NCBI RefSeq assembly: GCF_018350175.1
Contig: NC_058373.1
Span: 15,748,001 to 15,812,000, forward strand
Direction of reading: 5' to 3'
Source of the DNA: Felis catus
Taxonomy: Eukaryota
DNA: 64,000 nucleotides
The notes beneath the pieces are model-generated. The model made no database searches, had not been told where the DNA came from, and saw only the letters and a program-made list of their open reading frames with translations. Made by a program: the position numbers and the translations under genes. This document shows positions 37,110 through 49,000 of this stretch, one piece after another. Numbering within the stretch: the first letter of the stretch is position 1; every line of letters starts with the position of its first letter.

Positions 37110-37188
37110 AAATATCATTCTCTCTCTGAATGAACCCAAATTCTGTCCGGAGATGGGGGAGAAATTCAATGTGAGAGTTCTGTAGTAC
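37110..37188 (-). CDS. Candidate internal exon (79 nt)
   Basis: Acceptor ttctctcctggtttttag|, donor TTT|gtaaga; VLQNSHIEFLPHLRTEFGFIQRENDI, phase 0 to 1. Confidence 0.3.
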
Positions 37189-37875
37189 CTAAAAACCAGG
37201 AGAGAATCTTGTTCTTCTGAGATTCCTGTGAAAAGTAGGACTAGGTTGAGTGTTAACTCAATCCCTGGGGAATAAGAGAATCCAATGGGATTCTGCTTCC
37301 TCTGCAAGGTAGGCTCCTGAGCTCAGCTTTGGCCAAAGGTAGAAAAGCCAGCGTGAGAGCAATGACGGGTACCCCTCCCGGACTGTGTGGTACTGAGATA
37401 GAGTTCATTTATGAAGAAAATACATCTTGAAAGCAAGAGGCACACAAAATGGCAAAAAATGTTTAAATAGAATACATGGTTTGATTCGTGAATATCTACA
37501 GTTAAGATTGGGTTTCCCATGGGAGAGAGATGTGCCCCAGAGTTGCAAAGTCACAAGTCCAAAGTGACACAAGTATCCAGAAATCAGAGGAGAATCTCAG
37601 ATTCTTTGATGCCTACTCTTGATTACTTTTTATCAGCTCACGTTGCCTCATATCATACTTTGCTTTTGGTAGATTATTTTGGATTTGTTTTGCTGGAATT
37701 TAGATATTCATGGCGTCTTTTAATTTCATGGTACTTTGAAATTTGTTTATGGGTTGCCATGTTGAATTTATGTTACTTTGGGGTGTCTGGATCCTATACT
37801 CTCATATATACCTATTACTACTCAGGGACAATAAGGCTGAAATGTACTGTCTTACTCTTGGATGAGAACATGGCA

Positions 37876-38092
37876 GGGGCACCTGGGTGGCTCAGTTGGC
37901 TAGGCTTCCGACTTCAGCTCAGGTCATGATCTCGCAGTCTGTGAGTTCAAGCCCTGCATCGGGCTCTGTGCTGACAGCGGAGTCTGGAGCCTGCTTCAGA
38001 TTCTGTGTCTCCCTCTCTCTGCCCCTCCCTTGCTCACACTCTGTCTCTGTCTCTCAAAAATGAATAAACATTTAAGTTTTTTTTTTTTTAAA
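37876..38092 (+). mobile_element. Can-SINE
   Basis: Full copy; TSD gaaca(t/c)ggca. Confidence 0.94.
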
Positions 38093-38356
38093 TGAACACG
38101 GCAGCTACACTGGGAATTACTATATTGCTGTTGTAAAGGGAAATGTGACATGAAGGTTGTCATAGGCATACAAGCACATGTATTGATCCTCTCTTTAGAT
38201 AGAAGATATACTATTGAAAAATACATATATCTAGAACATTATTATGCCCCCCCATGTAATCAGTTCAGGATTGCAGACTGAAAGTTTCACAGTTCCTCAC
38301 CCTGATATTCTAGTGCCTTCTCTAATATTTATTAGTAGCATTATTGTTAATCAGAA

Positions 38357-38532
38357 TTTTTTTAAAGAAAGAGAGCAAGCAGGGGATGGATAGAGGGAGA
38401 GGGAGAGAATCTTAAGCAGGCCCCATGTCCGTGTAGAGCCCAATGTGTGTCTCGATCTCATGACTGTGAGATGATGATATGAGCCAAAATCAAGAGTCGG
38501 ATGCTTAACCAACTGAGCCACCTAGGCACCCC
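38357..38532 (-). mobile_element. Can-SINE (older subfamily)
   Basis: gagagaatcttaagcagg...aaaatcaagagtcggatgcttaacc; TSD ttaatcag. Confidence 0.9.
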
Positions 38533-38619
38533 CATTAATCAGGGAATTCTTAATCAGTCCAGCTGGACATCTATATCTGTGCCCAGTCATTGCTGTACCA
38601 AAACAGATCCAGGGCAAAT

Positions 38620-39071
38620 TGTATTCATTTTCTGTGGCTTCTATAACAACTGATCACAAGCCGGGTAGCTTAAGATAACAGAAATATACTCTCCCACAGT
38701 TTTGATGTTGAAAATCCCAAAATTAGTATCACTGGGCTTAAATCAAGGTGTTGCCAGGGCTACACTCCTTCTTGAGGTTTGAAGGGATAATCCCTGCATC
38801 TCCCAGCTTCTAGTGTCTTCTGGTATTCTTTGGCTTGTGGCCACATGACTCTATTCGTACATCACGTTATTCTTTGTATGTGTCCAAATATCTCTCTGCT
38901 TTGTCTTATATGGGCTCTTGTGATAGAATTTAAGGCCAACTAGATAATCCAGGATAATCTTTCCATCTCAAGGTCTCAATTTAATCACATTTGCTTGGTA
39001 GTTACCTTTTAAAACAACATAATAGGGATTAGGAGCTGATATCTTTGGGGTCTGTTATGCAGTCTACTGCA
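38620..39071 (-). mobile_element. MLT1C/D-like MaLR solo LTR
   Basis: tgtattcattttctgtggct...aaatcaaggtgttgccagggc...gataatccaggataatct...ctactgca. Confidence 0.85.
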
Positions 39072-39839
39072 AAAGTCCTCATTTACATTGCATGGGATAT
39101 CCAGCCTTTACTTGACAAGTTTAACAGCTTTTGCTGCCTAGAAATTATATGGATAATGAGGAAGAGATTGGAGAGTCATTTTTTTTTAATACATAGTATT
39201 AAATTCAAATGAATAACTGCCTTTCCCAGGGGAATGAGAAAGTAAAGAGGCACAAAGCTGAGCCCAGGGCCCTTTTAGCTCATGAGTCAAGGAGATGGTT
39301 AGGGTTTGAAACAGTATGGAGAAGGTGGAGCCAGTGGACTAGGGGAGAAGCAGGATAAAGGAGAAGTAAGTTATGCCAACGCTGTCATCAATGATATAAA
39401 TACTGAAATCATCAAGAAATATGGCCTGAGTGGCATTTGTGCAACAGGCAATGGACTGGGGGCAAACTCTTCAAGGAATTGGGGGAATCCCCACAGAGAA
39501 GAAGGAGCTACTGTCACAACAAAATCCCCACCTTTTCACTAGATTTCCCTTCAATTTGTGGAGTTCATAAACTTCGTTTGTGAACAGCCGTTCAGACCCT
39601 AAGTCCCTTTTCTAGTGGATTTTGTGATAACAGAATATTAAAAGAGGACTTCTTGTGCTTCTCCTAGAAAGACATCGTGAAGAAAATGAAAGGAAAGCCA
39701 CAGACCATGGGGAGTATTTGGGAAGTCCGTATCGATCAAGTTCTCATATTCAGGTTGCATAAACAGAGCTTACAACTCAAGAAAAGGGACAACAATGCGA
39801 TAATCCAATTAAAAATAGGACAAAGAATAAGCACACCAA

Positions 39840-40039
39840 GGGGCGCCTGGGTGGCTCTGTCAGTTAAGTGTCTGACTTTGGCTCAGGTCACGATCTCACA
39901 ATTTGTGGGTTCGAGCCCCCCATCAGGCTCTGGCAGAGCCTGTCTGGGATTCTCTCTTTCCCTCTCTCTCTGCCCCTCCCCTGCTCCTCTCTATCTCTCT
40001 CCCTCAAAATAAACAGAAAAACATTAAAAAAAAAAAAAA
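39840..40039 (+). mobile_element. Can-SINE
   Basis: TSD gaataagcaca(c/t)caag. Confidence 0.94.
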
Positions 40040-40591
40040 GGAATAAGCACATCAAGAGGTGTCCATGAAAATCAAAACCACCATGAGATACCACAATATA
40101 TGTACTAAAATAGTGAGATTAAAGAAAATGGACAATACAAAGGGCTGATAAAGATGTGAAGGCAGTGGAACCCCTATATTGCTGATAAGAGCACAAAATC
40201 AGGCGGACACTTTAGAAAATAATTGGGACAGTTTTACAAAATGAATTACTCATTTACATGACCCAGCAGTCATATCCTTAGATATTAACTAGTGAAGGCA
40301 TAAGTAGATGCAAAGATATATATGCAAATATTTATAGCAGCTTTATTCATCATAACCCCAAACTAGAGATAAAACTACCTACCAATTATTGAATCATTAA
40401 GAAAATGAAAAAAACTGGTGATACGTCAAAAATACGGAATACTTTTTTTTGTTTTTTATGATTTTATTATTTTTTTAATATGGAATACTTCTTAGCACTA
40501 AAAAGAAACAAAGTTGCTATAAATATAACAAAATAGGTGAATATCCAAATAGTGCACCACATGAGAGAAAAAATAAAAGAAAAATGCTATG

Positions 40592-40770
40592 TAGTTGATC
40601 CTTAAGCAACTTCGGGTTCTTTAGGGGCACCAACCCCCTATACAGTCAAAATTCCATGCATAACCTTGGACTCTTGCAAAAACGTGACCACTAATAGCCT
40701 ACCATTGACAGGAAGCCTTACCGGTAACATAAACTGTTGGTATCGAGTCAACCGCATATTGTATTTTTTT
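40592..40770 (+). mobile_element. Tigger2/MER8-like fragment
   Basis: ttaggggcaccaacccc...cagtcaaaattcc...ctaatagcctac...ggaagccttacc. Confidence 0.8.
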
Positions 40771-40778
40771 CATTCACA

Positions 40779-41200
40779 TGACTATGGGTTGAGCTGTGCC
40801 CCCCAAAGTTTGTGTGTTGACGTCCTAACCCGTGGTATCTCTGAATATAACCTTATTTCCAGGTAAGAGTCTTTACAGAGGTAGTCAAGTTAAATGAGGT
40901 CATTAGGGTGGGTCCCAATCCAATATGACTAGTGTCCCTATTAAAAGGGAAAATCTGGGAACAGACAGAGACGCATAGAGAAAAAATGAGGTGACGATGG
41001 CCAAGGAGAAGATGGCCATCTTCAAGTGAAGGAGGGAGGCTTGGACCAAAATGTTCCCTCGCAGCCCTCAGAAGGAACCCACCCTACCAACGCCTTAATC
41101 TCAGACTCTTAGCCCCCAGGACTGTGAGACAATAAATTTCTGTTGTTAAGCCCCCCAGTGTGTGGCACTTTGCTACGGCAGCCATTGGAAAATGAATACA
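40779..41200 (+). mobile_element. MLT1B-like MaLR solo LTR
   Basis: tatgggttga...aaatgaggtcattagggtggg...ccctcagaaggaacc...aataaatttctgttgttaagcc...aataca. Confidence 0.92.
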
Positions 41201-42160
41201 GATGACTTGTGGAAAAGGCCAAAATATAGGGACAGAAATCAGACAAATGGGTTCCAGAGGTGAAGGGAAGGAGAGGATATACCTCACAGAGGGATGAAAG
41301 GAATGTTCCTGGACTATCAACATTTATTTAGACTTATTCGTCAAAACTCTTCAGGCTCTACATCTTAAAAGGATGCATCTTACTCTATGTAAGTTACGTC
41401 TCAACAAGCCTGACTTTCACATGGTTTGCAACCTTTCCTCAGTTGCTCTGCTGTTGGTCTTTATTGAACCCCCCCCCCCCCCATGGCTATTGGTAGAAGT
41501 GGATAATGGAAGAAAAGACCAGGAGAATAGCCCCACGTGGAGCTTGAGAGACACAGTGGGAGTGGAAGCAAGAGGTAGGAAGACAGGAGATGAGACGCAG
41601 TGAGGCTAAGCACTAGAGGATTCTGGGACTTCTGAAGACAAAGAGACTTACATAGAGGCACAAAGAGTAACTTTGAGGAGAGGACAAGTAGAGCGAATTT
41701 TCAGGAAGTGTTACTGTGTGCAACTAAATGAGGTCTTGTCCATCATTATGCCCTCAAAGAAACCATTAGTAAACATCTACATTGCTCACAGTTTTGGGAG
41801 TCAGACACAATGGTCATTTTGTACCTAACACTGATGAGCAGAGCCCTCAAGAGGAAGCGGGACCCTGCTTTGCTCAGGTTTCGTATTTATTGATTTATTT
41901 ACATGCCAGCTTCCCCCATAGAGCAGGGATCAGACCTGGTGAATTCGCTCTCCCTCTCTCTTGCTTCTTGCCTCTAGCACGATTTCAGGGGCAACCTGAT
42001 GGCTGACCATCGAATCTACGCTGAAGTACGCGGACTTTTCCATGTCACACAGTGATGGCCTTGGCATATGGGCTATAGTAATCCCAGTAAAATAAGTACG
42101 TGGTGCCATTGGCACAAACTCTGTGTATTCGCACATAACCTTGCCTATCTACGGATACAA

Positions 42161-42358
42161 TTTTTAACATTTATTTTGAGAGACAGAGAGCGAGTGGGGG
42201 AGGGGCAGGGAGAGAGAGAGATTGAGAGGGTGACAGAGTCCTAAGCAGGCTCTGCACTATCAGCACAGACCCCAATGTGGGGCTCGAACTCACGAGCTGT
42301 GAGATCGTGACCTGAGCCAAAGTTGGACGCTTCACCGACTGAGCCACCCAGGTGCCCC
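42161..42358 (-). mobile_element. Can-SINE
   Basis: Antisense copy. Confidence 0.93.
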
Positions 42359-42837
42359 TACATGTCAAATTTTTATAACTACCTGTTTCGTCAGGAGACT
42401 CGTACATAACCCTCCTGTTAAATAAGACTAAAATGCATTCTTTGACTTTTCCTATACATCAGAATATGAACAAATTTGGTCTTTGATTTTACACAACAGT
42501 TAAGGCAGTGCTTTCTGAGTGTCCCAAGGTGAGTTTGATGTTGCATCCAAAATTATAAACTCTGGGTATTTCAGTGGTACCAAGGTCCTATATCGTTTTC
42601 TATGTCTGGGTATAGTCAGAGACTGGGAACATTACTCCCCGCCAATACCATTTCGTGGGAAGAAGCATGACTTTTATATTTTATAGAGAATCCATAGATT
42701 AAATAATTGTATCAGAAAAGGAATAATGGTGCATCGCAGAGAATATAATGCCCAAACATTGTAACCTACGACGATTTGGACTTTTTTTTTTTTTTTTTAA
42801 CGTGGAAGAACATTATGGCATGAAAAAAGAACCTTAC

Positions 42838-42864
42838 AAATGACTGTTTCTTTAGAAGCTGCAT
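42838..42864 (-). CDS. Candidate 27-nt micro-exon
   Basis: tgtgcttgtctccactcag|ATGCAGCTTCTAAAGAAACAGTCATTT|gtaagg; frame-preserving MQLLKKQSF. Confidence 0.15.
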
Positions 42865-43268
42865 CTGAGTGGAGACAAGCACAGATGTCTTTATTAGGCT
42901 CTGGTCTAAGTAGCTTCCCTCGAGGGGACCCTGGCGGGTGAGTATTAACAGGCTGATGCCTAATCTGTGCGAATCTCTGGGCTCATTACGGTGCTCATTA
43001 GCAGTGGGTGACCTCACAAGGAGGGATGCGGTATTGCGATTTCTCTCATTCTCTGGGCCGTGTGTTTACTCTAGGGGTAAGCATGCGGGCTTTCAGATGC
43101 ACACCCTTAAAACGAACTATTGTTCACGCGCAGATCACGAGCCCGTTTCCACTAAACACCCCTCTTCGGCCTGCAGTTTCCGTACCATGAAGATGACGAT
43201 GAGGCATTTCCACATGTGGCACTTTTATTTGCATTCATTCTGGCTTCCAGGGAACCACTTTCCTGGGC

Positions 43269-43299
<31 letters not shown>

Positions 43300-43749
43300 A
43301 GTTGTGAACTTCACTTGTGTGTTTATTGGGGGAAAAATGAAGTTATGAAGGTTTTTTTTTTGTTTTGTTTTTAATTACTGCAATTTTCCTTATCAGAAGC
43401 ACCTGCCTGCTTTGAGCTCTGGCTGTTGCAGGTATAACTTCTGCCGTAATTTAGGTCAGATGAAGGGAAAGCCGACAGCGTTGATCTGCGCTGTGATGAA
43501 AATTTAAATATATGCTGTAGAAAGTGGCAGAAATTGAGACGTTGACTTGATTTTCTTTGCCATAAGCAGTTCGATTTTTGTGAGGGTGCCCGTAATGGAT
43601 TTTTTTCCTTTTTCATGTAAAAATTGAATCTCATTCTACCCCCCTCCCCCACACACACTTTGGCAATAGCTCACAATCTTAGCTGAACTGTCATCATGTC
43701 AATTTCTTAATCAAAAGCAAATGTCACACAATTCAACAGTCACTGTTTT

Positions 43750-43966
43750 AAAAAATTTTTTTAAGATGTTTATTTATTTTTTGAGAGAGAGAGAGAAAGA
43801 GCGAGAGCGCAAGCTGGGGAGGGGCAGAAAGAGAGGGAGACAGAGGATCTGAAGCGGGCTCTGTGCCCACAGCAGACATTCCAATGCGGGGCTCGAACTC
43901 ACGAGCCCTGAGATCATGACCTGAGCCGAAGTCAGACGCTAACCGACCGAGCCACCCAGGCGCCCC
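43750..43966 (-). mobile_element. Can-SINE
   Basis: Antisense full copy; TSD cactgtttt. Confidence 0.95.
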
Positions 43967-44693
43967 TCAACACTGTTTTTATACGATTTCATACTCAATA
44001 AAATAATGGTAACACTTTTCGTTAAAGTGCGCTGTTCATGTAAGCACTTAAAACTGGATTCGAATCAGGAACTAGACTTCAGGATCATCTCTGTTGTGTT
44101 GGTAACAAGCACAGTCAGAAGGAAAAAAAAAAGAAAAAAAAAAAAGGAGCACCAAATGGACTTTCTTCCAATCTATGACTGAATTGCCATTTCCTCTACA
44201 TTCATTTGGGAAATTAAAACCAGAAAACTCATTTGAAACTCTTTTTTTTTTAAATAAGAGAATCCATTACGAACTCAGTGACTTTGCATATTTTCACTGA
44301 TTTTATGTCCACCTACACAGCAAAGTACTTTTTGTGACTCACTTGGGGGAAAAATAGCCTTGACCCTCGCTTTGAGTCACTTGCTTAATAGGGACTGGCT
44401 CAGGAACACTGTAAATGTGGTTAAGCCACAAGTTAATTAAGTTGGACACCATTGCTGGGAGTTGGCAAGGGTGAAGAGAGAATTATAAAGTTAGTACTTT
44501 GACACCAGAGAGATTTCTTTTTGTTAAAAAAAAATACATATAAAAGTTGTAACCTTACATTAGGGAATTAATTTACAGAAAACCAAGAGACGTTTGTTTA
44601 AAACCTTAGTTCTTCACACGTCTCTGATCTTTTGTACATATTCTCATTGCAATCCATTCTGAGTTTTTGCATCAAAAACAAATATTTTAAAAG

Positions 44694-44695
<2 letters not shown>

Positions 44696-44734
<39 letters not shown>
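44696..44734. repeat. (CA)n microsatellite
   Basis: Direct reading. Confidence 0.95.
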
Positions 44735-44737
<3 letters not shown>

Positions 44738-44848
44738 GCAGCAATGTACTAAAAGGAGACCGCCCAAATCTTAACTGGAATATGCTCTAAAATAGCCTCA
44801 AAATTGGAAAACAGCATGTATTACCCCATAAATAAAATATAAGGATGT

Positions 44849-45036
44849 GGGGTGCCTGGGTGGCTCAGTTGGTTGGGCATCCAACTTCGGCTCAGGTCAT
44901 GATCTCACGGTTCGGGCTCTGTGCTGACAGCTTGGAGCCTGCTTCAGATTCTGTGTCTCCCTCTCTCTCTGCCCCTCCTCCACTCATGCTCTGTCTCTCT
45001 CTATCAAAAAATGAATAAATGTTAAATTTTTTTTTT
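44849..45036 (+). mobile_element. Can-SINE with B-box region deletion
   Basis: ctcacggttcgggctctgtg skips the gagttcgagcccc segment; TSD aaata(t/g)aaggatgtg. Confidence 0.92.
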
Positions 45037-46095
45037 AAATAGAAGGATGTGATTTTAAGCAAACCAGAAAAAGCTATAAAATGCATCAGAAGAGTTTGGA
45101 GAATTTTCAGGCAAGATTCAAGCACAAGAGATTGAAATGGTGTTTCGAGTTGTGAGATTGTCATGGTGAAGTAAGTGATCTTCTAAAAACTATTCTTTCC
45201 CCATTACCGGAGATGTAAAGTAGGCCTCGGTGTAGTTATGTACACGGAAGAGTGAAAGTCTCCCCTTATGCTAGCGGCAGATTTGGAAACATAGCCTCTA
45301 GGGCAGGGGAAGGGAGGGCACACTATTTGTCTGAACCTCTCCCATGCACAGGGCATTGCGGTAGTTTACAATGGGCATATGAGGCCCTCAGAGTGACAGC
45401 AGAGAACATTCTTCAGGCTACCGCTCCTGTGGCCCATTCACTGTGGGATATCACTTCCTTACTATTGTGACATCTCTCCTTGGTTATATTCAGGACGCAT
45501 CTCAGCAAGCACAGGGATTTTGAAATAAGGACTTTAATAAAGAGATTTGGTGAAAAAAAATGCCCAAACTCCTCTATGACATGCACTAACAGGTTAATGA
45601 AGCGTTAATGCGTTTGGACGGGTCAGCAAGAGAGAGCAATGCTGAGTAACAAACAGACCCGACTGTAGTTCGGCTCTAGTAACCAGTCTCAAACCCATCT
45701 CAACAAGGGAAGATCTACAAGTCTTCATCTGTAATTACAATCTCCCGAAAGGTTTGTTTCCCCATAATTTATTTGGTGACAGAACTTGATGTGCATTGCC
45801 ACGATGCCTCCAGTGCAGTTTCTATTACCCCTACTCAGCGTGACTAGCCATATATTTCAGTCAGAAATATTGTGGTAGATAATAGTGGGGAGGTGGGGGC
45901 TGCCCAGACGACACTGACAACACGAGATAACGTACTCTTCCGAAGTCTGAAAACTGAATTTTTAAAAAAAAATTCCCATAGTCATAGATTTGATCTGCCG
46001 ATGTCTTGGCCTGCCTTTCTGCTTTCCGGACCCGGCCTTTCCTCAAGTGGTCCACGCTAGCCAGGCCACTTTCTTGACCCCATGGTGACACTCAC

Positions 46096-46284
46096 TTCCA
46101 GGATTTTCGCTCTCTCCCTCATCATTGTGAGTTCAGTCTTCACAGGTTTTTGTACAGAGGTAGGTGGTTTTTCCCACTTTGGTAGGCTTTTGAGATGCTG
46201 GCTGCTGAGGAGGTCCAGACCTTCAATTTGGGTGTTGTGGAGAGCTTCGTTTTTCTTGGAATGGCTTGTTCTCTCCCTGCTGTT
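46096..46284 (-). CDS. Candidate internal exon (189 nt; alternative acceptors giving upper ends 46279 and 46276)
   Basis: ctttaatctttctcttcacacaag|aacag|cag| acceptor cluster, donor GAA|gtgagt; open frame NSRERTSHSKKNEALHNTQIEGLDLLSSQHLKSLPKWEKPPTSVQKPVKTELTMMRERAKILE. Confidence 0.35.
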
Positions 46285-46509
46285 CTTGTGTGAAGAGAAA
46301 GATTAAAGGGACACACAGTGAGCTCTGTCTTTTGATAGCAAGTACTATTCCAAAATCCCTTTAGCTCTTCAGATTGTTTTTTTTTTTTTTTTTTTTTGCA
46401 GAGAACTTTTCAGGATTATCATAGCCAAGTTCCCCTAGGTCCTATATTCTTGGGTTTTATATTTTACCCCCTCTTATCCATTTGTAAATGAGCCACATTT
46501 TCACTTGTG

Positions 46510-46620
46510 CTAATATTCCCCCAAACCTTGTAAGGTGAGTGTTCTTAAACCCATTTATAGATTTGGTAAATGAAACTCACAAATATTAAGAAACATATCT
46601 CAACTCCTCCCGTTCAGAAA
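46510..46620 (-). mobile_element. MIR fragment
   Basis: aaaccttgtaaggtgag...cccatttatagat...aaatgaaactcaca. Confidence 0.55.
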
Positions 46621-46649
46621 TTGGTCTGGGGAGCTGGGGGTATATCACT

Positions 46650-46748
46650 ATCGCCCAGATGCAGAATCTCACCCCCCATTCCAGACCTGCTGAGTCAGAT
46701 TCTGCAATTTAACCATATTCCTGGGTGATTCTTATATGCACTCAAGAA
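46650..46748. mobile_element. MER5A-like hAT MITE fragment
   Basis: atgcagaatctc...ccagacctgctgagtcaga...gggtgattcttatatgcactcaag. Confidence 0.75.
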
Positions 46749-47019
46749 TTCAGGCTTCAAAGTGGGAAAAAATCAGTTACATTGAAATTTTGACCATAAA
46801 ATAGAAAATCATAAAAGTAAATAAGACGTGCAGAGACACTTAGCGTAAAGAGTTGTCCTAAAAACACGATTTATTTTCAGACTCCTGTTTCAACGAACCC
46901 TTCCGTAGCCTCAAATAACTACTAACGCTGCAACTTTGATAAATGATTGGCAAAGAATAGGACGGTTGATAATGATGAGGCAAATATCTGGTGTGATCGC
47001 CCGTGGACTCTTGGAGTGC

Positions 47020-47075
47020 AGCTGGTGGCTCACTGAGTTGGTGCCTGGCTAATAAGGCCAAAGGTCAGGCCCCCT
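47020..47075 (+). pseudogene. Degenerate tRNA-Ile(AAT)-like relic or ancient tRNA-SINE head
   Basis: GCTGGTGGCTCACTGAGTTGGTGCCTGGCTAATAAGGCCAAAGGTC vs tRNA-Ile GCCGGTTAGCTCAGTTGGTTAGAGCGTGGTGCTAATAACGCCAAGGTC; T-arm lost. Confidence 0.4.
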
Positions 47076-47529
47076 TCCAGTTGCTGTGTGCATGATGAAA
47101 AAGCCAGAACAAGGGGCCTGATCCTTGAAAATTCCTCTTTCTCCAGACCGTCTCAGGAGGGGGATGCAAACCAATTGTGATCCTGAAGTCTTGACTTTTC
47201 AATCAGAAGAGAAGTTTGGGTTTTTTTTTTTTTTTTTTTTTTACTGTCTGTAAGGCCCATGAGCAGCACAGAGAAAGCACTGTCCTCAGCTGCCCAGCTC
47301 CAGAAGGCTCTGGTAGCCTCTGTGCATGGCCAGCACTGCCTCTAGCTTTTCACTCTTTCTCTTCCACTCTCATCTGTGTATCTCTGACTGTGACTGCCAT
47401 CCAGGCAATACGTAAACCCTGGACACAGGGATTCTGGTGTAATGCCTGAACGACCGACCTGCACCCTATTTATATCCACTCTTCAAACTCTGTAGGTGTT
47501 ACCGCTCTGCCAAGTCTCGGTGCACCCAC

Positions 47530-47640
47530 TTTCCCCGCCATTACACAGGAGAAAAGTGCGTCTTAGAAAGGTTCAGCGACAAAAGTCACACGGGTCTGAG
47601 TGGCAGAGCCAGAATCAAAGTCCAGGTCTATTTGACAACA
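47530..47640 (-). mobile_element. MIR fragment
   Basis: ttacacaggagaaaa...agaaaggtt...aagtcacac...tggcagagccagaatcaaagtccaggtct. Confidence 0.7.
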
Positions 47641-47713
47641 ATTTGGTTGAAGCTCTCATTTCAGAGCTCACTCATCAGCCAGAACCGATCACCAATCAGG
47701 AGAATCTTCCTAC

Positions 47714-47802
47714 CATAAAAGAGTATCACGGTGAAAAGTTATTTTGATGAAGGATTCCGTGGTGTGTATTCGGAGCTCTTGGGAGGACCTGGAAAGTGCC
47801 AT
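47714..47802 (-). CDS. Candidate first coding exon
   Basis: ccgATGG start; MALSRSSQELRIHTTESFIKITFHRDTLL; donor ATG|gtagga, phase 2, matching the CAG acceptors at 46279/46276. Confidence 0.18.
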
Positions 47803-48344
47803 CGGTTCAAAGACATCTTCTCCCAGGGGTAGAAAACTGCTGTTTGAAGGGCTGAATTTAGACCACAGGTCTGGCTGGCCCACTGGTAAATTTCACTGTT
47901 ATTCTTGTTATTCTTTTAGCTGCTATTCTTTCATTTTTGAATATCTTTAGGCTTAGCAGTTCTTTCCAGCTGCTGCCGACATCACCCGTGTTTAGCGGTC
48001 TACACTCTCTTGGTTCATAATTCATAGATATCGGTCACCTGATCGATTCCACCCAGAAATTTAAATTTATGACTGCTGATTTCTCTTTCACTAACCAAAG
48101 CACTGTACTATTTATCCGATATGTTCAGCCTTACAACCTCACGTGCGGTATTTCCTTGAAAGCCAAACAAAACAAAAGAACGAAAGAATTCCTCAAAAGA
48201 TACTACCAGTATTTATTTATTTATTCATTTCCTGCCCTGCGATTTTCCTTCACCTGCTAATATAATCCTAGATCCTTCACACGGCTGAAGGGGAGTTGGG
48301 TTAGGGCACACGCTTCTGTCTTGACACCTGCTTACCTCGCTTTT

Positions 48345-48565
48345 TTTCTTTATTTTTATTTTTTAACGTTTATTCATTTTAGACACAGAGAGAGACAGAG
48401 CATGAATGGGGGAAGGTCAGAGAGAGGGAGACACAGAATCTGAAACAGGCTCCAGGCTCTGAGCGCTCAGCACAGAGCCCGATGGGGGGCTTGAACTCAC
48501 GGACCGCGAGATCATGACCTGAGCCGAAGTCGGTCTCCCAACCGACTGAGCCACCCAGGCGCCCC
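48345..48565 (-). mobile_element. Can-SINE (SINEC_Fc-type)
   Basis: TSD ttacctcgctttt at 48332-48344 and 48566-48578. Confidence 0.96.
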
Positions 48566-48659
48566 TTACCTCGCTTTTAATGGCTGTCACCAATTTCAAG
48601 CAGTAGGAAAGCTGCATTACACACGGCATCATTCACATATGATGAGACACTACTTTGTC

Positions 48660-49000
48660 TCAGCTCAGTTGGGTGGGATTTGTCCTATTTCAACCAGACT
48701 GTACAGGGTAAGGGGTGGGGGGCGGGGGGTTACACGCAGTCCTAATATCTCAATGGCTTGAAGCAGCTGCGGTCCCTCTGTTGTGACATAGGTGCTCTAC
48801 TCTTCGGAGACCCAGACTGACTGAGCTTTCCACTCCAGCCATGATCAGTCACCACCCTGGAGGGGAAGGGGTCTGGCAGTGAAATGCTTGATCCTGCGGT
48901 GACGCCCATCACTTTGCTCGCAGCTCATTGGCCAGAACTTTTCACGTGGCCCGCTCACCAGGGGACCAAGAATTTCACTCCTACGGTGGCCCTGGGAGGT
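48660..49000 (-). mobile_element. MLT1J/K-like LTR
   Basis: atctcaatggcttgaa, gacccagactga, catcactttgctcgcagctcattggccagaac. Confidence 0.6.

Larger units (their letters stand above)
39645..41420 (+). mobile_element. Old L1 3' region hosting SINE, Tigger and MLT1B insertions
   Basis: aaatcaaaaccaccatgagataccac, atgacccagca, gcagctttattcat; 3'UTR resumes at 41201. Confidence 0.8.

Noticed and set aside
43493-43550. C-box-like GTGATGA (C/D snoRNA)
   Set aside because: No properly placed CTGA D box or terminal stem
45931-45941. 11-nt minus-strand micro-exon candidate
   Set aside because: Weak donor, and inclusion would shift the frame to an early stop; unsupported
46096-46200. Resemblance of LPKWEKPP...KILEVLQNS to TNFSF18-like LPSKWQM...KLEILQNG
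   Set aside because: The following TNF-family signature (GLYxIYxQV) is absent; no gene symbol assigned
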